Below are positions 40,768-53,205 of a stretch of 64,000 bases of DNA, piece after piece; within the stretch, counting starts at the first letter, position 1, and each line of letters starts with the position of its first letter. The stretch covers positions 45,384,001 to 45,448,000 of the forward strand of contig NC_043003.1 of assembly GCF_006345805.1 (NCBI RefSeq), read 5' to 3'. This DNA is from Octopus sinensis. Its lineage: Eukaryota. Below the pieces are notes generated by a model. That model saw only the letters and a program-made list of their open reading frames with translations. It was not told where the DNA came from and did not search any database. The position numbers and the translations under genes were made by a program.

Positions 40768-41917
40768 ATTCTTTCTCACCTCTGCCACTATCTGGTGTAT
40801 ACAGGTGCTTACACTTATCAAGTATTCACCCTCTACTCTATCAAGTCAACATTGTAAGACATCTCAATAAAACTCAAATCTTCATACTCGTACTAGTTTA
40901 AAACGTATTTCTTATAATTTCAATCAGCCCTTCGTGCATTTTCTTGGTCAAACGAAGCACTATAGCTCATCTTTAGAAGCAAATTCATCTTTCTTCTTTC
41001 GCGTGAAAGTCGTTGTGGAAACTGTTGTTATGTTTTCTTGCAGTTTTAAACTTTCATTACACAGGCTGCAGGCTGTCCATTCATACTTTCCCAGAGAACC
41101 CTTTTAGTCATTTCTCATCTTTATTCTTAGTATTTCTAAGTTTACCGAAACTACAAATTTTCCTTCCAGCAGAACTAACTTTCTATGTGTTGACTTATTC
41201 CCTGTAGGTTAAGAAGAGAAATTGGATTTTTTTCTTCTTCATATATGGTTTATGGATTCAGAATATATTGCGCCTGTTTAACAAAGAATAGCAATTTGAT
41301 TTCATATCCACATCAGCATGAAATTTCTTTTCTTTGAAGGAATATATATAATACAAAAGGAAACAAACCTCATTTAATCTAGCTATCCAAGTTGAAATTG
41401 GAGCTATTGACGCACAACCTTCATTTAAACATTAAAAGAATCTACTTGTACAATTCCATTTAAAAGAGAACTGAAAGTGCACTTCTTGACATTTTAAAGA
41501 TATTTTCCAGATTTTTTTTATTTACTTATTATTAAAAACAATTCCAAACAACCTTCTTATCAATTTTCCATACGGACAATTTAATCTCTTTTGCCTTTCC
41601 TATGATATTGGCCCTTAAGGATAGAAGATTAAAGTCTGAAATCAGTTGTTTTTCATAAAAATCTATAAGCGACTTTGTAAAATATATTTTCCTCTGAAAA
41701 TGCTATTAAAAGCTAAGTGTGGAGCAATATTGCGGCATTTGAAGCAAGTAACCTGTTTAAATTGCAAAATATACTACACATTACCGAACTAAATTTACAT
41801 GTTTGCCTCATTTTCATGTTTAGGTTTCAGCTACATATGCATGCACATACGTACGTATGTATGCATCTGCATGTATAGGTATATACATACATATATATAT
41901 ATATATATATATGTGTT

Positions 41918-41961
<44 letters not shown>

Positions 41962-41971
41962 TGTGTATGTG

Positions 41972-42100
41972 TGTATACATGTATGTACCTATATTTGTGT
42001 CTATATATATGTGTGTGTGGTGTGTGTGTGTGTGTGTGTGTGTGTGTGATGTGTGTGTGTGTGTGTGGTGTGTATACATGTATGTACCTATATTTGTGTC

Positions 42101-42139
<39 letters not shown>

Positions 42140-42300
42140 TGTGTATGTGTGTGTGTGTATGTGTGGTGTGTGTGTGTGTGTATACATGTATGTACCTATA
42201 TTTGTGTCTATATATATGTGTGTGTGGTGTGTGTGTGGTGTGTGTGTGTGTATGTGTGTGTGTGTATGTGTGTATACATGTATGTACCTATATTTGTGTC

Positions 42301-42351
<51 letters not shown>

Positions 42352-42415
42352 TGTGTATGTGTGTGTGTGTGTGTGTGTATACATGTATGTACCTATATTT
42401 GTGTCTATATATATA
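41972..42415. repeat. Compound minisatellite: five units of gtatacatgtatgtacctatatttgtgtctatatatat separated by variable (TG)n
   Basis: Unit starts at about 41972, 42072, 42180, 42272 and 42376. Confidence 0.9.
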
Positions 42416-43394
42416 TGTGTCTCTTTATATAAAACTACTTATATGTTCACAGAAAGAAACCTTGGTAGTTGCTGCAAGCTTTTGTGAAGTATGATTGCAC
42501 GAATTTTTTGATAATACAAAACGATGTTGTTTAACATATATAAATAAGTTAAAGATATTAAAGTTGCTAGATGTTGTGATGCTTACTGTGATGCTTACCA
42601 AACACTGGTAAAGAAGGAAGTACAGAATTAAATAGTGAAGTTTTCGGTCCAATATAGCACAAAGAAGAAACGATGTGAGGCATAATATAGCAATAGAATG
42701 AAATTTTAGTGAAATAGTGCACGGGTGCGTATGAGTATGTGCAATGTGTATTTGAATATAGATGCACACTAACGGCTTGTGAAATTAATTTTAAAAAAAT
42801 CGATATTTGAGAATTAAAATTTCTGTTTGTAACAGCGATTGTTAAGAAAAACTGATGAAAATCATATCAGACATTTAATGTTATGAAATTAATTAAAGGG
42901 TAGGATATAGAGATGATATTTTTACAAAAAGCAATTTAGATGTACAGTATACTCTTGAACATTTAAAGTATTGCTATGCTCTAATCTGCATTTTGTATAT
43001 TTTAACAAGGTATCGCTCACAATATTTTAATTTTTGTTACGAGTAAAACTATAATACAGTATACAAATTTATATAGGCATTTGCGAGCCAAAGATCTATC
43101 TAAATGATTATTCATTTCGCATCTATTGAAAGACTCTTTTGTGCCGTCAGCTTCGGAGAATAAAATTGTATTTCTACAGCGGACGATCTTTGATATTCGA
43201 ATGTACTCAAGTTACATATGATTTTACACGAATAAATTTTCCTCAACGCTGCTTCATGCGATTACTTCGTGACCCTAGTTTGACTAAATTTTACACACAT
43301 CAATATCCGTACTGTATACGTTTTCAATATAACAACGAATTCGTTTTGTTTTGTTTATTCTATATATACACAGGCATGTATTTGTATATATATT

Positions 43395-43700
43395 GTTTTG
43401 TTTGTTTCTTCTCGAGCCACGCCTGGCTCATAAGGGCTGGTTTCCCGGTTTCCTTGGCGTATAGGTTCCCCACCTGGATGGGACGCCGGTCCGTCGCAGG
43501 TGAACTGCAAGATGCAGGAGAAAAGAATGAGAGAAAGTAGTGGCGAAAGAGTCAGCAAAAGTTCGTCATTACCTTCTGCCGGAGCCGCGTGGAGCTTGGG
43601 TGTTTCGCTCATAAACACACACATCGCCTGGTCTGAGATTCGAGCCCGTGATCCCTTGACCGCGAATCCGCTGCTCTAAACACTTGGCCATATGCTTCCA
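43395..43700 (-). mobile_element. tRNA-derived SINE family D
   Basis: Reverse complement of 52916-53205, with a longer post-head segment. Confidence 0.9.
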
Positions 43701-43819
43701 CACACACACACATACACACACGCACACACACACACACACAACACACACACACACACACACCACACACACACACACAAACAAACATATATATATATGTGTG
43801 TATGTATGTATATATATAT

Positions 43820-43886
<67 letters not shown>

Positions 43887-45834
43887 ATGAATAAATTAGA
43901 AAGAGGTTAGGCAAGATTTCGGCAGATTATCGACTGCACTAACTGATGCTATTTAAAAAATGGGAATAAAATCGAAAACTAGACGCATGGTGAACTAACT
44001 GTCTGCAAAGGCACACTTAGTTTATAAATAAATGAGAAATAAGTTTTGTTTATTCAGACTAAGAAGAATAACATTGAAATATTAAATGTGGGGGAAAAAA
44101 TAATATAAATTCGTAAAGATTTGGAGCACTAGAGTATTATTAAGATTCAACCGTTTGAGAAAGAAACTCTACTAAATTCGTACTTAAATACTTAACTGTA
44201 AAAGTATTAAATGTAATACTTATATAAACAACATCATGGTTTTTAGGATTGTGTCAAATCAATTATGTTTGTGTGCAAACTGCAAGTTGTTACTAAGACT
44301 ATTTACATGCGTACCGAAACAAAAGTCTTATATAATCAAAGTAGTATAAATAAAATTATATATCAGATTTTCAGAAAATGCGTCGAAATGTTGTCATTGG
44401 AAGGAACATAAGAATGAACACATAAATATAGGCATTATAAAGAAAATAATGTGAATTAAACAAAGTCAAACAAAGAAAGGAATATTAAGTGTGTGCAAAT
44501 CTTAAAATAACGTTATCTCATACGGGATTGGGTCGTATCAGAAATACATATGTGAATAAATTACATGTTGTTATTGAGACCTATTTGAAATATGTTAAAT
44601 CCATCGTGTTATCTAATCAAAATATTTGCAAATCTTAACATAACAATATCTTTTACGGGGGTGTGTTATACCAATAATATGTACGTTTGTAAACTAGATT
44701 TTGTTACTGAAAGGAATTTCGTATATGTTGAAACAAAGGTATTAACTAATTAACATTATATAAACACGATATCAAATTAAATTGAATGAAAGTGGATACA
44801 CCGGATTATAACAAAGGATATGAAAAGTTATGATGGATTGAAATATGCAGAGATAAAGACAGTAAGTGTAAATTATAAAAGGGAAGCTTTGAATGAGTTA
44901 GTGTACAAGATTTGTATATAATTTGGTGGTGTTGTTGTGTATGAGAAATTGTAATCGGGTCAATCAGAGGTGGGAAAGACAGTAATAAATTTCATTTCGT
45001 TGATACAAATTCAATAAGTTTAACAAATTGGTTATTTAATAAGAATTTTTTCGTTATACGTTTAATAATTGAATATAAATAATGACTGCGAAATAATAAT
45101 TAAGTTTATGCTTAAATAAATAAATTTATTAAAAGATGTAACTTTACTAGAAAGTTCATCAAGAGTTTATTTGTCGCTAATGTATACATCAGTCAGTGAA
45201 TTATTAGATAATGGGAACATAGTAATCTATTGAAACCAATATTTGTTAGTGTAAGTAGACATATAGTTAGTGAATTTAAATTAAAGGTGGTTTCTATCAA
45301 GGTAATAATTATAAAATAATAATAGATTGGAAAGTTTAGATGAAATGTGCTAATAATGTCAACAAATGTTTGAGTGTGTCTGCAATAAATTTATTTATTG
45401 TTAGAAATGTAATTGATTTGAAATGTTATAACATCCTAAAACCCATGTTTCTGCAACATAAGACTAATTTGGTATGCTGTTCAATGAGGTGCAATCTAAG
45501 GTGAGGAATTTCAACGACTTCTGAGGTAGGAAGGCAATAAAGTTTTTATTTTACTGAAAGATTTTGCTTATTGGAGAATTTTGTATTGCATAATAAAAGA
45601 TATGCTGGAGGACTTCGACTTCCAAATATGGTTCGATAATGATGTATCAGCATTCCTGATAAAACGTCTGAAAGTGTGTTAATTTGTGTATGAGCCTGCA
45701 TACGAGCGCGCGTGTGGAAAACGTTTTTTTTCTTTTTAATCAATTAGTATTAAAGATATATTCGAAACCGAGGGCAAATTATAGTCGACCTTGGTACGAA
45801 AAACTAATTGTTACCCTTACAGTTTCTGTGATAT

Positions 45835-46283
45835 TGGTTTCAATTATTGGCACGGGGCCACCAATTTCGGTTGAGGTCTAAGTCGATTACATCGCTCGTC
45901 TGAAACTTATTATATTGCCCCCCAAATGGATGAAAGGCAACACCAACCTCATAGGAATTTGATCTCAGAACGTAAAGACGGACGAAATACCGCTAAGAAA
46001 TTTACTCGACGTGTAAACGAATTGGCCAGCTCACTGCTTTTGCAATTTCTGTGGTATTGATTTCAAATTTTGACACAAGGCCAGCAATTTTTGGTGATGG
46101 GATAAATCGGTTATATCGACCTCCAACCCATCCCAATGCTCAACTGATACCTATTTTATTGACCCCAGAAGGATGAAAGGCAAAGTCGACCTCCGTAGAA
46201 TTTGAGCTTAGAACGTAAAGACGGATGAAATACCGCTAAGCATGTAGTCCGAGATGCTAGCGATTCTGCCAGCTCACGGCCTT
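45835..46283 (-). mobile_element. Two head-to-tail SINE family A copies (about 45835-46040 and 46058-46283)
   Basis: The core ggatgaaaggcaa...gaatttga.ctcagaacgtaaagacgga.gaaataccgctaag occurs twice. Confidence 0.85.
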
Positions 46284-46842
46284 AAAAATTTCTTTGATAC
46301 TAATATATTAACATTCATTTATGTTATGCGTTGCAGTGCTGAATTTTTAGATTCAAGTGAACAAGAGAACTGTAATATTTGTGAAAAGTTGCTTGCAGTC
46401 AGATGTACTAAAGTGGTTCGTACAGATATGCTTCAGTAGCTGTGTGAAAAACTTAAGTTCATGGATTGATATTGTAAATAAAAGCATCGATGATACCATT
46501 TTATATGTCCCCTTCTACACTTAATAGATTTTAACTTACTTTTTGGTTATACTGTGCATTTCCTGTTTTTGATGGCCACCCCAGTTTGATAAGCTGTCAT
46601 GCTGAAAATCTATTCTTTCCAAGACGATGTATAAAGCATAGTGAATGGAGTTTATACCAAACACTTAATGCCGCTATTCGGATGATTAGATAATTTATGC
46701 AACTAATGGATCTATCAGTTTGCTTAAAGATTTTGCGTATTGAGTATTCTTTAAATCAAATTGAAGAGTTAACAACTTTTAAATGAGCAAATGAGCAATG
46801 TATTCGAGGAAACTGTATGTATGTTTGTATGTATGTAAACAG

Positions 46843-47153
46843 GCATTCCGTCCGTTACAACGACGAGCATTCCAGTTGATCCGATCAACAGAACAGTATG
46901 CTTGTGAAATTAACGTGCAAGTGGTTGAGCACTCTGCAGACACGCGAACCCTTGCAGCTGTTCTCAGGGAGATTCAGCGTGACACAAAATGTTACAAAGC
47001 CGGCCCTTTGAATTATTGGTATAAATCATTTTGCTATCTGAGTAGAATGCAGCAATATGAAATTAATTGTCTTGCTCAAGAAATCAATACTCCGCCGGGA
47101 ATCGAACTCACGATCTTACGACTGCGAGCCGAACACCCTAACCACTAAGCCAA
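46843..47153 (-). mobile_element. tRNA-derived SINE (family E-like)
   Basis: Head tggcttagtggttagggtgttcggctcgc...gagttcgattcccggc, then ttgagcaagac...ctactcag. Confidence 0.8.
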
Positions 47154-48849
47154 ATGTATATATGTATGTATATGAACGCAGACATGGTCGACTGCTTAAG
47201 AAGTGCCCTTCGCTATCAAGAGTTTCTGTGTTGGAATCAACTCATAATCATAATGAGTGAAGACAGATAGGCTGAAACTGTCCAAATGTCCTTGCAATGG
47301 GCTGTAACTGCAAATCAAAGAGCTAATTTCATACATCTTGGCATATTTATTTTTTCTGAGTATGAGAGTATTCCGTAGACAGAGTGATATATGTTTCAAA
47401 GAACAAACTGTTTTCTTCATCGATCACTTGGAGCAGACATCGCTCAATCCGACTGTGATCAAAAGATTCTAATTTACACTCATGTACATACGTATATGAA
47501 TGGAAATGAGTGGTGGATAGCAACTAACGGAAATTAATTTTGAACTTGAGCTAAAAAAAAAATCAATTATGACAATATCTCGGAAATTTTAATAATATCC
47601 AATAGCAATAATCTAGTTTATTAATTATATTTTTACAATTTCCGCTGGTTTCCCGCTGTATCGTTTTCGTGTTGTTTTTTAATGTCACATAAAACTGCTT
47701 TGGCGATATATTTCGTCTCTGACAACGTATCTTCACGAAAGCAATGATTATCATGCTAGAAGTTTGAAACTATATAAAAACCACATATATCTGCATGTGT
47801 TCATTTTTTACTTTTAATTAGTACGATGTAATAATGACGCATGCTATAAAGGGAAGCAGAGATTATCGGCATAGTAGATTGCACCTAGTACTAAACCTTT
47901 CAAGATTTAGTTCCGATACTTTACATTCTAAGTTCGAATTTTCCACCCGATTTAAATCGAACCATCCGGTGTTTGGATGACATTATTGGAATCCATAACG
48001 TTGCAAGCAATCAAGACGTCCGGCTTGGATCGTGTACTATATGTGTTTTATGATTATATTCCACACTTATTTGGTGACCTCTTGGTAAATGTCTATCGCA
48101 AATAGCAGTAGAATTGAATAAATTCCTACATCTGTGAGCTGGGGGGGGGGTTAACGTTGCTAAATATTAACGCCAACAGAGGGATGTTATTGATTATTTC
48201 CGGTTCATAACACTGCTAAAGGCAACGTTTTTGGGATTTTGGCCACGGTGTTGGCCAAGGTTGGAGCTTGTGGTTTGGTCAGGGAAGCGCATACGATTGC
48301 CATCCCCACTAGATCCGTTTACGTCTACTTCCACTTCCAGAGATACATCATAGAAGTGAATAACAAATCTGGCGTTGGTAGAGGTTATAATTAATTTGGA
48401 TCAGTAGAAAGATGTTAATATGGTCAGCAATCCTTAACCCAACCGGTTTCGGACTCAATTTCAGTGGCCGGATCACAACAACGGACTGTGGCAAAGATGA
48501 CCTTTCGGAAGCAGTTTAATATCCGGCGCTCTACCTATTAACTTTGTGTAGTGGCTGTGACAAAAGACGCCATGAGTGGGCGATGCATAAAGGAATAATG
48601 ACATACACTTTTCTCTTCGGTCAGACCCTCATCGAGTTTTTCAAGTACCTCTTTGAAAGAAGAGTTAGAATGGGAGGAGCGCTTTCCAAGAGAATTTTGT
48701 CCGAAGATGGTGACTGGCAAAAATGATAAGGCTGAATGGATCTACTCTAAATATGCGACTGTAGTTTGGAGAATGACTCGTACGCGATGATATGTGCCCA
48801 AGGGGGTTAGGTTCAACTTTGATCTGTGAGGCCTCTTTATCAGTATAAC

Positions 48850-49512
48850 TATTTTATACATAAGAGGGATCAGCCATCTGAATGTGGCTAGGGTCAGGGC
48901 GGGGTGGTGGGGGTGTTACTGATGCATTTAGCCCCAGGCAAACATCGACGTCACCAGAAGAGCTGACACCATCTCGGTGTCCTTGCCAGCCAGCAAAAGG
49001 AGATCAGCCTCCCCGAAGATACGGATACTACACACATTGCCTCTTGTCAACGTATGGTAAGCACCGCTCTTCGTTGAGGGACTTCCTCTGCAGGCTGGAT
49101 ATATATAGATTTTCACAGTAACCACAGTCACTGGCGTAGAAAATCTGTTCGAAACAATAATAAATCTCTGGGCGAGATATAAACAGTAACTGCTCTATAA
49201 CATAAGAGGGATCAGCCATCTGAATGTGGCTATAAATATATCCAGCCTGCAGAGGAAGTCCCTCAACGAAGAGCGGTGCTTACCATACGTTGACAAGAGG
49301 CAATAACCTCGAAACCGGTCCGTGTGTAGTATCCGTATCTTCGGGGAGGCTGATCTCCCTTTGCTGGCTGGCAAGGACACCGAGATGGTGTCAGCTCTTC
49401 TGGTGACGTCGATGTTAGCCTGGGGCTAAATGCATCAGTAACACCCCCACCACCCCGCCCTGACCCTAGCCACATTCAGATGGCTGATCCTTCTTATGTT
49501 ATTTTATACATA
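48850..49512. mobile_element. Short Penelope-like / retrozyme-like insertion with inverted pseudo-LTRs and a 13-bp target-site duplication
   Basis: Layout is A(48859-48890) B(48891-49104) spacer A(49201-49232) B'(49236-49466) A'(49467-49498). tattttatacata flanks both ends (48850-62, 49500-12). A hammerhead lies in B'. Confidence 0.7.
49281..49328 (+). ncRNA. Minimal type I hammerhead ribozyme with a U3-A8 core variant
   Basis: Stem I (CAUACG 49284-89 / CGUGUG 49321-26); core UUGACAA 49290-96; stem II GAGG/CCUC with loop CAAUAA; GAAA 49311-14; palindromic short stem III ACCGGU; GUC cleavage triplet, predicted cut after C49320. Confidence 0.8.
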
Positions 49513-49944
49513 TATTCAGGTATTTTGTGTGCTATATATACTTTTTATTTCATTTCCCTCTCTACTCACGTATCCTGACCTTTCTTATGTACAGCTCAGC
49601 ACAATTAACAAATTGTCCTTGTAATGTTCTGGCTCTTCACATTCTGATTTGAAATACAGCCGGGTCAAGTTTGCACTTCATCCTTTCGGGTTGATATACA
49701 CAGTCTATTGAGCACATGAGTTCATGGAATCGATTGATCCATACCTGTTTCAAACCGTTGCTCTTGTGCTTTTAAATTATCATAGTCGTCGTCATCATCA
49801 TCATTGTTTTGGTTTTGGCCTAGCGCCACCGAAATGCCAACCAGAGATGTCAAGGAAAAAGATTCTATATCTAAAGATGTTATCAGGTGAAGTGCCATGC
49901 AATCGAAGAATAACTGATATATGTGTTTTTAAAAAATTCACTAA

Positions 49945-51755
49945 TCGAGGATGATTGCAATTACATAAAGGTGAATTTACGAAAGATATATGTTGTACAT
50001 ATGAGCATGATCTTTTGCAGTTGTTTCATCTTGAAGATGTCAGGAATTTGGTCTACATATTTGTTTGCACCCTTTGATATCATTCCAAGTACCCCATTAA
50101 CAATGGGTGATGTGGGTGCTTTGAGATGACACATTCTTCTGATTTCTATCCCTACCACTTACTTTGCCCAATCTCAAAAATGTTTTTGATTGCAACATTA
50201 ATCAAAAAGCAAATATTTTAAAATGATTTTTCACATTCATATCTCGTCGATTAGCCTACTTTTCCTGGTCAGTCTCAACTCTGGAAATCTGAAGGATTAT
50301 AACTTCAGCTTTCTAGACAACTTGTGATGTTCCATGCCCCCCCCCCCAGTTATCATTGTGAGGGAGGTTGTATGTGCAGCATATTAGCCTGTATACGTAT
50401 TGAGCTGCTCTGATATGTCTTACCTTGTACACTGATGATGCCAGTCTTCTGCACTAAGACATTATGTGGTTGACTGTGTTTCGAACCTGATTTCAGCTGC
50501 CGGATCACAGCAAGGCGGTACACTGGTCTGCTTTAACGTTTCAGAATATTAATTATTCTGGTAATTCCTAGTTGGAAGGCACCAATCCTGAGCATCAATA
50601 ATATACTCCTCTGTTTCTGGATTGGGATCAGAGCTTGACAGTCAATGTTGGATAAGTGTTTGGTGAACATCAGAGCACTTTACTCCACTATATTTGGCTA
50701 TATTTTCATTTGTTTTGCCTTGAAATTTAGGGGCACAATCTCTTCGGGTACTGGTTCATCAAGGTACGTTTTTCGAAAGTATACTTTTGTTTTTCTTCAA
50801 TGAGTGCATCATTTCGGTATGTTCATCCTTAATATCCAGACATTCACTTTTTGCAAGTACGCGAAAAGTCCCACGGTTGCAACTTCCAATGAGATTTGAG
50901 ATTGTATTAACTCCTGACAATCTTCTTTCTCCGGAAGTTATAATTGGTCTATGTCAGCTTTTGAGTGAAACATACGATGAATTTTCGCGTTTTCGCATTT
51001 TGACAAAAACATTGTTGATGTCAGAGATGGACCACTTTATAAAATTGAATCTGTATGTCATTACAGGTATGACTAACGTGTTTTGGGCTTCAATTTTGTT
51101 TCCGGCAATCAACTCGATTTTCAGAATAGCACTTACTCTAAGACAGGACTTCTTTTGTATCTGTTGTCTCATCAGTGAATATTTAATTCTATCTCCTTCA
51201 CAGACTCCTTGATACTAATAACTTCTCTAATGACCTAATTCTTTTATTGCGGTAATTCTTTAGGGTGGTTTTGTATGTGTTTGATAGTTTCTCATTCACA
51301 AATATAGAATTAGCGCATTTGTCAAGCTGAAATACTATTTTAATGTCATCACTGAATTATTCAACTATGTGAAGAAGTGCTTACATTCACTGATCATTTT
51401 CGCAAACAGCTTCAAGTCGTCCATACAGAGAAGTTGTTTGATTGTTTTTCAATACATCTTGTATACGTTTGTTTCATGCAGAAGTTTATGTCAGGGAAAT
51501 AGTACACAACAAAATAACAAAGGAGATAATACGACTCCTTAGAATATTCCACAATTAATATTCACTTTTTCAGAGTTTATGATTGTTGTGTACATATTGA
51601 GAATTAATTTCGTTTTCCAAAGCTTCATGACACGTGATAAAAAAAAAAGATTCTTGATTATTCGTGAAAGTTTGAATGCCTCTAGGCATTCCTTTATACA
51701 GCTATAAGGAAGACTATCAAAGGACTTCTTGTAGTCTATCCAGGCCATTGGAATG
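49945..51755 (-). mobile_element. 5'-truncated, heavily decayed R4/Dong-clade LINE (RT to endonuclease end)
   Basis: Encodes MAWIDYKKSFDSLP, LSPLLF, NKIEAQNTLVIPVMTY, EIRRMCHLKAPTSPIVNGVLGMI, QKIMLICTTYIFRK. Confidence 0.85.
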
Positions 51756-51764
51756 GTTTTATCA

Positions 51765-51940
51765 TTATTGTTGTTGTTGTTACTATTCTGAAATCTGACA
51801 TACGTGACTTGTTGCTGGAGATGTCATTAAAGCACCAGCTGTTCATTTCTCCTAATCTAAAGGGGTACTTTCTTTTTAAGTCTCTAGAACTTTACTGAGT
51901 CTCCTTGCGCTGCCAAGTAATGCTGTTTTCTGAGTATGCT
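51765..51940 (-). mobile_element. Second R4/Dong 3'-end fragment with an (AAC/AAT)n tail
   Basis: Encodes QKTALLGSARRLSKVLET* followed by a short UTR and aacaacaacaataat. Confidence 0.7.
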
Positions 51941-52004
51941 CTGTCTTTATTTTTTCCTTGTCATTTCCAGCCACTTATTTTTATTTATTTATTTTTTGCT
52001 TTCT

Positions 52005-52711
52005 GTACATCTGGCACCTGTGTCGGTGGCACATAAAGACACCATCCGAAGACCCGGCGACGTAGACAGTCCACCTGTGCATACCTTCCTTCTTGTGACA
52101 CTTGTGAAGACCTGTTGAGGCAAGTGACACTTGTGAAGACCTGTTGAGGCAAGTGAAAATCAAATCAAATCAAAACAAATCAAAATAGATGAACATAAAT
52201 GGAATTTGTATCTTTGTGGTACCAGTGCCGGTGGCACACAAGAAAATCATCCGAACGTGGCCGTAGCCAGTACCGCATAGACTGGCCTCCGTGCTTTGGG
52301 GACGTAACAAACACCATCCGATCGTGGCCGTCCGCCAGCCTCATCTGGCCGTCTGCCAGCCTCGTCTGGCACCTGCCAGCCTCATCTGGCACCTGTGTCG
52401 GTGGCACATAAAAACACCATCCGAGCGTGGCCGTCTGCCAGCCTCGTCTGGCACCTGTGTCGGTGGCACATAAAAACACCATCCGAGCGTGGCCGTTCGC
52501 CAGCCTCGTCTGGCACCTGTGTCGGTGGCACATAAAATCACCCACTACACTCTCGGAGTGGTTGGCGTTAGGAAGGGCATCCAGCTGTAGAAACACTGCC
52601 AGATCTGACTGGCCTGGTGCAGCCTTCGGGCTCCCCAGACCCCAGTTGAACCGTCCAACCCATGCTAGCATGGAAAACGGACGCTAAATGATGATGATGA
52701 TGATGATGATG
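52005..52711 (+). mobile_element. Non-autonomous retroelement with an internal tandem array and an RTE-type 3' tail ending in (GAT)n
   Basis: Contains several copies of an about 60-bp unit (gcctcgtctggcacctgtgtcggtggcacataaaaacaccatccgagcgtggccgt) and a 29-bp tandem duplication near 52097-52155. The 3' end is ggttggcgttaggaagggcatccagc...gcatggaaaacggacgctaaa(tga)n. Confidence 0.7.
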
Positions 52712-52915
52712 TACCTCGAGCACTTTTTTACATTGACCACAGCTTTTTGATTTCTATCATCAGAGCTTTATATCATGTCAGATGTTTATTTTCCCTCCTC
52801 TTTTTTCATGATTCCAATTCACTTCTTTTTAGGTTTTGTTCTTATCCGAGCTCATTTCTCTTAGATCACTCACTGCTCCTTAAAAACTGGTAACTATTAT
52901 GCACATTACATGTAT

Positions 52916-53205
52916 AGTGAAGGCACATGGCCTAGTGGTTAGAGCAGTGGACTCGCGGTCGAGGGATCACGAGTTCGAATATCAGACTGGGCGATGTGTT
53001 TATCCACGCGGCTCCGGCAGAAGGTAATGGCGAACTTCTGCTGACTCTTTCGCCACAACTGTCTCTCACTCTTTCCTCCTGCATCTTGCAGCTCACCTGC
53101 GACGGACCGGCGTCCCGTCCAGGTCGGGAATCTATACGCCAAGGAAACCGGAAAACCAGCCCTTATGAGCCAGGCGTGGCTCGAGAAGAAGCTAAAACAA
53201 AACAA
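52916..53205 (+). mobile_element. tRNA-derived SINE family D with a 13-bp TSD
   Basis: A-box tggcctagtggttag, B-box gagttcgaat, ctgcgacggaccggcgtcccgtccagg. TSD acattacatgtat at 52903-52915 and 53206-53218. Confidence 0.9.

Noticed and set aside
48200-48830. Possible decayed AP-endonuclease fragment of a LINE
   Set aside because: Only faint motif echoes (CVVA.....HEW, RFPRE) across frameshifts; insufficient evidence.
52370-52540. HDV-like ribozyme in the 60-bp units
   Set aside because: No P1 partner strand or nested double pseudoknot could be built.
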